The notes beneath the pieces are model-generated. The model was not told the origin of the DNA. It made no database searches and worked only from the letters and a program-made list of their open reading frames with translations. A stretch of 64,000 bases of DNA, from NCBI GenBank assembly GCA_965261595.1, contig CBDHDG010000006.1, positions 608,001 to 672,000 on the forward strand, written 5' to 3'. The number at the start of each line of letters is the position of its first letter. Position 1 is the first letter of the stretch. This DNA comes from a bacterium (GTDB lineage Bacteria > UBA8248 > JACPRG01 > G963555815). Positions 59,105 to 64,000 of the stretch are shown piece by piece. Made by a program: the position numbers and the translations under genes.

Positions 59105-60507
59105 CCTCGGCCTCCCGCTCGGGATTCAGGGCCGCCGGTTTCCGCTTCATACGCCTCGGCCAAAAGCTCGACCGGATGGAGAACCCGCATCCCCCCCCCC
59201 CCCCCCCCCCCCTCCCCCCCCTTCTCCTTCAACCCGCTCTCGATTTGGATGATGCATCCCGGGTTGGCCGCGACGACCACCGAGGCGCCCGTATCCAGGA
59301 TGTGGCCGACCTTTCGTTTCAGCAGACGCCCCGCCATCTCGGGCTGGGTGAGGTTGTAGACCCCCGCGCTGCCGCAGCACCAGTCCGATTCGGCCAGCTC
59401 CCGCACCTCCACGCCCGGCAGCGCCCGGAGGATTTCCATCGGCGGTTTGCGGACCTTCTGCCCGTGGACCAGGTGGCAGGCCTCATGGTGCGCGACAGCC
59501 AGCGGCGCGTTTTCGCGGAGGCCGGGCGGCCCGGAGGGGGGGCGGAACTCCTGCTCGACGAGGAACTCCGAAATGTCCCGGACCTTCGCGGCCAGGCGCC
59601 CGGCCTTCTCGCGATAGACCGGGTCTCCTTCCAACAGCTCGCCGTACTCCTTCATCATCGAGCCGCATCCGGCGGAATTCGTGACGATGAAATCCGCCCC
59701 GGAGTCCAGGAAGATATCGATGTTCTTGCGGGCGAGCTCCCGGGCGGTCCGCCGGTCCCCGGAATGGCCGTGAAGCGCCCCGCAGCACACCTGCCCCCGC
59801 GGAACCTCGACGGTGTGTCCGTTCTCCGCGAGGACCCGGATGGTGGCCAGGTTGATGTGGCCAAACGAGACCCGCATGACGCAGCCCGTGAGGAGGGCGG
59901 CCGAGGCCCGGCCTTCCTTGCCGTTCGGGGCGCCTTTCTCCACCCGCCGGCGGACCGACGCCGGCGTCACCGGGGGCGACAAGGCCTCCAGCTCCCCCAG
60001 TCGGCCCAGAAATTTCAAAATCCCGCTCCCCCGAACGAGGCGTTGCAGCCCGCTCCTCCGATACGCGCCGAGGAGCGCGGCGGCGGCCGTGAGGCGCCCG
60101 GGATGCGGGAGAAGACCGCGCAGGGCGATCCGCCGAAGCCGCCCGCCCTCGCCGTCGCGCTCCCGCGCCGCTTCCACCTTCGTCCGCGCGGCCTCGATGA
60201 GGCTGTGGTACCGGACGCCGGAGGGGCAGGCCGTCTCGCAGGCCAGACAGCCCAGACACAGGTCGAGGTGATCGCGGACGATGGCGGTGTAATCAATCCG
60301 TCCCTCTCCAGCGGCCCGCATGAGATAGATTCGCCCGCGGGGAGAGTCCATCTCGTTTCCGAGCTCGGAATACGTCGGGCAAGAGCTCAGGCAAAGCCCG
60401 CAGTGGATGCAGTCCGAAAGCTGGTCCGGGTCGGGTGACTCGCCCCCGAGGGGACGGTTATCCCTATCCGGACCCGCGGGCTTTTCCGTGAACAGCTTGG
60501 ATGTCAT
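59101..60507 (-). CDS. glcF: Glycolate oxidase Fe-S subunit
   Basis: CIHCGLCLSSCP, CLGCLACETACP, two CCG domains. Confidence 0.9.
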   Translation of the reverse strand: MTSKLFTEKPAGPDRDNRPLGGESPDPDQLSDCIHCGLCLSSCPTYSELGNEMDSPRGRIYLMRAAGEGRIDYTAIVRDHLDLCLGCLACETACPSGVRYHSLIEAARTKVEAARERDGEGGRLRRIALRGLLPHPGRLTAAAALLGAYRRSGLQRLVRGSGILKFLGRLGELEALSPPVTPASVRRRVEKGAPNGKEGRASAALLTGCVMRVSFGHINLATIRVLAENGHTVEVPRGQVCCGALHGHSGDRRTARELARKNIDIFLDSGADFIVTNSAGCGSMMKEYGELLEGDPVYREKAGRLAAKVRDISEFLVEQEFRPPSGPPGLRENAPLAVAHHEACHLVHGQKVRKPPMEILRALPGVEVRELAESDWCCGSAGVYNLTQPEMAGRLLKRKVGHILDTGASVVVAANPGCIIQIESGLKEKGGEGGGGGGGMRVLHPVELLAEAYEAETGGPESRAGGRG

Positions 60508-60548
60508 GGACGTTCAGCTCCCGGGATTTTCATGACGCGGCCGGGGGG

Positions 60549-61925
60549 TCAGATTCTTCCGAAGAATCGGCCGGGATTCATGATCCCTTTGGGGTCGAGG
60601 GCGAGCTTGGCCCGCCGCATCAGCCGGCGGCTCGTATCGCCGACGGAGGTCTCGTCAAACAGGTCCAGCTTGTCCCGCAGGGCCGACGATCGGGTTTCGA
60701 TGACGGCATATCCCCCCACCCGTGCGGCGGCCTCCCGCAACGCCCGGACGGCGCGCTCGGCGCGCCCGATCCCGAGGAGGTCTTCTTTTCCTTCTTCCCA
60801 GCCGAACCTCATCCGGATGATGCCGTTGCCGGCGTGCACCTGCCCGTGAAACCGGAACCCCTCGGCCTCCCCCGCCATCCGCGCCCGCTCGACCGTCTCC
60901 CCGACCCGCGTCAGCGGGACCCCCACCCGGCAGGCGAAGCCGGGCCCCCGGGCGGAGTCGTGAAACGGGCCCGCCCGGCTCAGGGATTTCCTCACGGCGT
61001 CCGATTTCTCGGGTCCCGGCCGGACAATGGGTCCCACGCCCCAGGCGCGGCAGGCCTCTTCCGCCCGGTCCAGCTGCCCGGCAATCCCCGCGTCGTTGTC
61101 CCTGAAGCTGACCAGGAGGATGTTCCGCGCCCCGGCCGCTTCACCCAGGAGCGCGTCGGAGGAGAGCGAGCCCCCCGTCAGCCACTCCAAGCTCACCGGC
61201 AGGATCCGCTCCGAGAGAATCCGCGTAACGGCGGACTGGACGGCGCCCGCTTCATCGAACCCGGCCAGCAGGGCCCCTTCCCGGACCTTGAGGGAGAACG
61301 TCTTGAGGGTGACCTCGGTGATGAATCCCAGCGCGCCCAGGGACCCGATGTACAGTTTGTTGAGATCGAACCCGGCGACGCTCTTGACCACCTTGGCCCC
61401 GAAGCGGACCGGCGTTCCGTCGGCCATGACGACTTCCATGCCGAGGACCAGGTCGCGCGGGGTTCCGAATCCCAGGCGGAGGGGTCCGCTGGAATTCGCC
61501 GCGCAAATCCCGCCCAGGGTGGCCCCGTCGCCCTCGAGGGGATCCAACGGCAGAAACTGCCCGCGCTCGGCGAGGAATTCGTTGGCCGCCCCCAGGGTGG
61601 CGCCCGCCCGGAGGGTGGCGACGAAGTCCGCCTCCTGGTGTTCGGCCATCCCGTTGAGGCGGCTCAGGTTCACCACCCAGTCGCGGCGTGTAGCCGGGTA
61701 GCCGTGATGCTGTTTCGTCCCTCCTCCCCAAGGGATGAGACCCAGCCCGGCGGCCTGGGCCTCTTTCACCAGGGCGGACAACTCCTCTCGGCTCTCGGGA
61801 TAGAGGGTCAGCCGGGGGGGAGGGGCCGGGCCGTCGAAGGCGTCCCGCGCGGCCTCGCCCTCCAGGACGCGCTCGGCGCCCAGGATCTTCCGGGCGGCTT
61901 CATCCGCGCGCTCCGAGTCAGTCAT
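60549..61925 (-). CDS. glcE: Glycolate oxidase FAD subunit
   Basis: GGGTK, ATLGG, VVKSVAGFDL.KL..GSLG, LDPKGIMNPGR. Confidence 0.85.
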   Translation of the reverse strand: MTDSERADEAARKILGAERVLEGEAARDAFDGPAPPPRLTLYPESREELSALVKEAQAAGLGLIPWGGGTKQHHGYPATRRDWVVNLSRLNGMAEHQEADFVATLRAGATLGAANEFLAERGQFLPLDPLEGDGATLGGICAANSSGPLRLGFGTPRDLVLGMEVVMADGTPVRFGAKVVKSVAGFDLNKLYIGSLGALGFITEVTLKTFSLKVREGALLAGFDEAGAVQSAVTRILSERILPVSLEWLTGGSLSSDALLGEAAGARNILLVSFRDNDAGIAGQLDRAEEACRAWGVGPIVRPGPEKSDAVRKSLSRAGPFHDSARGPGFACRVGVPLTRVGETVERARMAGEAEGFRFHGQVHAGNGIIRMRFGWEEGKEDLLGIGRAERAVRALREAAARVGGYAVIETRSSALRDKLDLFDETSVGDTSRRLMRRAKLALDPKGIMNPGRFFGRI

Positions 61926-61961
61926 CCGAATCCTCCTCCGACATTCATGTTCCGCCGACCC

Positions 61962-63404
61962 TCAGATCCAGACCCCGGCAGGCAGTCGCCGGCGGGCGGC
62001 GCCGCGCACCTCGCCGCAACGGCCCGGCGTGGGGAAGACCTTCGCCGGGTTGCAGCGCCCGTCCGGGTCGAAGACCGCCTTGACGCGCTTCATGGTTTCC
62101 AGGGCCGCTTCGCTGAACTGGACGGGGATGTCCATCATCTTCTCGATGCCGATCCCGTGTTCGCCGCTGAGTGAGCCGCCCAGCTCCACGCAGGCGTGCA
62201 GGATCTCCGAGCCTGCCTGAATGACCCGGTCCGTCTCCCCGGGCTTGCCGTCGTCGAACAGGACCAGCGGATGGAGGTTGCCGTCCCCGGCGTGAAAGAC
62301 GTTGGCGATGGAGAGGCCGTACTTTCGGCCGATCCCCTCGATGCGCCGGACGGCTTCGGCGATGCGGCTCCGGGGGACGGTCCCGTCGAGGCAGTAAAAG
62401 CCGGGGCTGACCTGCCCGAAGGCGCCGAAGGCGTTTTTCCGTCCCGCCCAGAGCCTCGCGCGCTCCTCTTCACTCCGGGCCACGCGGAACTCGGTGCTGT
62501 CATTCCGGCGGCAGTGACCCTCAATCGTATTCACCCACTCGTCCATCCCGGCCACGGGGCCGTCGATCTCGATGAGAAGAACGGCGGCCGCCGATTCCGG
62601 GAATCCGCTTTGGAGCGTCTTCTCGACCAGTTGAATGGTTTGCCGGTCGATCATCTCCAGGGCGGCCGGAATGAGACCGTCGGCAATGATATCCGAAACG
62701 GCGTCGCAGGCGCACTCCATCGAGTTGAAGACCGCGATCATCGTCTTCACCCCCTCCGGCAGCGGCAGCAGACGCACCGTGATCTTCGTAATCACCCCCA
62801 GCATCCCCTCGGACCCGATCCCGAAGCCCCGGAGATCCAGGCCGGGGGTGTCCTCCACCGTCCCGCCCAGCTCCACCACCTCGCCGTCGGGGAGGACCAT
62901 TTCGAACCCCACGATGTGGTTGGTGGTGACGCCGTATTTCAGGCAATGGGGCCCGCCGGAGTTTTCGGCCGCGTTCCCTCCGATGGTGCAGGCCGCCTGG
63001 CTGGAGGGATCCGGCGCATAGTAATAGCCGTCCCCTTTCACTGCCTGGGAGAGATGCAGGTTGACGACGCCCGGCTGGACGACCGCCCGGCGGTTGGGAA
63101 GGTCCACTTCCAGGATCCGGTTCATCCGGCTGAACCCGATGAGGATGCCGTTCTCATGGGGCAACGCGCCGCCGCTCAACCCCGTTCCCGCCCCGCGTGG
63201 GACGATGCAGGCGTTGTGCCGGGCGGCGGCCCGAACGGTGTTTTGCACCTCTTCGGTGGTCCCCGGCAACACGACCGCCAGGGGCAGGTTGGCATAGATG
63301 CTCAGGGCGTCGGATTCGTACGTGAGAAGCTCCTCCGGCGCCGCGAAAACGTTCTCCGGGCCGACGGCTTCTCGCAACTCGGTCACCATCCGCCCTGTAT
63401 CCAT
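61962..63404 (-). CDS. glcD: Glycolate oxidase subunit
   Basis: PRGAGTGLSGG, YAPDPSSQ, HCLKYG, FHAGDGNLHP, GEHGIG. Confidence 0.92.
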   Translation of the reverse strand: MDTGRMVTELREAVGPENVFAAPEELLTYESDALSIYANLPLAVVLPGTTEEVQNTVRAAARHNACIVPRGAGTGLSGGALPHENGILIGFSRMNRILEVDLPNRRAVVQPGVVNLHLSQAVKGDGYYYAPDPSSQAACTIGGNAAENSGGPHCLKYGVTTNHIVGFEMVLPDGEVVELGGTVEDTPGLDLRGFGIGSEGMLGVITKITVRLLPLPEGVKTMIAVFNSMECACDAVSDIIADGLIPAALEMIDRQTIQLVEKTLQSGFPESAAAVLLIEIDGPVAGMDEWVNTIEGHCRRNDSTEFRVARSEEERARLWAGRKNAFGAFGQVSPGFYCLDGTVPRSRIAEAVRRIEGIGRKYGLSIANVFHAGDGNLHPLVLFDDGKPGETDRVIQAGSEILHACVELGGSLSGEHGIGIEKMMDIPVQFSEAALETMKRVKAVFDPDGRCNPAKVFPTPGRCGEVRGAARRRLPAGVWI

Positions 63405-63943
63405 CGTTCCGTCCCGGTCCCGCCATCCACTGGTTTGAAAAACGCCGCGCCGCTTTCGGGACTCCCATTATATTCGGAATCCGGGCCGGAGACGAGGGGG
63501 GGGGATCCGCCGGGCCTCGTCCGCCGGTTTTCCCGGACGGATGGATGACCGGGCCGTGCGAGCGGCGTTTTCCATTGGAGGACCCGATGGGTTGACGCGG
63601 CGATCCATCAACCCGGGCGCATCCATCGACGTGATATGGTCAAGTGGAAGGTCAATGACCCATCGCGGGTCCACTCCTTTCGCGAAATCGGTGTAGGCGC
63701 CTCCGCCCGATTGCGGACCCATCGAAGCAGAGAAGGCGGGCAAGGGGTCAACCAACCCAAGGGACCATTCGCGTCTTTCGGGTCTTGATATGTAAAACCA
63801 TTTACGAGAGATCAAATAAGATGACAAACCTACGCAATAAAATTATTTTCCGAACCCCCCCGCAACGATGTTACGTGAATTATTAACGATAGTTATCTGT
63901 CGTCAGTTCTCTTTATTTCTGGGGAACCTCCGGGGAACCTCCA

Positions 63944-63972
63944 TTGACCACGGGAAACATCTGTGTTAAAGT
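63944..63972 (+). promoter_or_regulatory. sigma70-like promoter for a gene beyond the window
   Basis: TTGACC-N17-TAAAGT with a TG extension, preceded by tandem GGGGAACCTCC. Confidence 0.55.
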
Positions 63973-64000
63973 GCTGGAACGTACACTTTTGAAGCGCCTA

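Noticed and set aside
59190..59222. Long C homopolymer in glcF (also G runs near 3620, 4015, 53845 and 54715) as phase-variation or G-quadruplex sites
   Set aside because: The frame is preserved, and such tracts are frequent in linkers of this GC-rich genome; lengths may be sequencing artefacts and cannot be judged without reads.
1859..63548. Numerous long overlapping or antisense ORFs in the six-frame track
   Set aside because: Shadow ORFs expected at high GC; each overlaps a well-supported gene and has Arg/Gly/Pro-rich composition.
63468..63827. 119-aa minus-strand ORF upstream of glcD
   Set aside because: No motif, and it lies in a probable divergent promoter region.

Overview
64 kb of a high-GC bacterial chromosome; the taxon cannot be assigned from sequence alone. 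The backbone carries housekeeping genes (mutY, moaC, PIN/TRAM-ispD-ispF-cysS-rlmB, tRNA-Arg(CCG), glcDEF, 3-hydroxybutyrate dehydrogenase) and two catabolic-looking clusters: (i) MoxR/VWA + Liv-type ABC transporter + orphan molybdenum-hydroxylase large subunit, and (ii) acyl-CoA ligase, opine dehydrogenase, LLM oxidoreductase, UbiD, amidohydrolase. Between these lie decaying accessory patches: TA modules, nested IS3 elements, IS1380 and IS1595 elements, a doubly IS-inactivated BamHI-like restriction-modification pair, a broken photolyase cluster and many REP-like repeats. Two signals that the ORF track misses stand out. The first is a split AhpD/CMD-family gene whose in-frame TGA sits in a CxxU motif followed by a SECIS-like hairpin (probable selenoprotein, 16947-17780). 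The second is a compact, multi-hairpin non-coding RNA with its own TTGACA and intrinsic terminator directly behind a PemK/MazF-like toxin remnant (candidate RNA antitoxin, about 5962-6098, minus strand). Also notable are an in-frame alpha-2-macroglobulin::PBP1C deletion chimera, an 87-bp gene-end duplication bracketing a TA islet, a stray internal guaA fragment next to the tRNA, and a shared 25-nt motif in an ECF sigma locus. All family calls come from motif recognition by eye; no database search was run.
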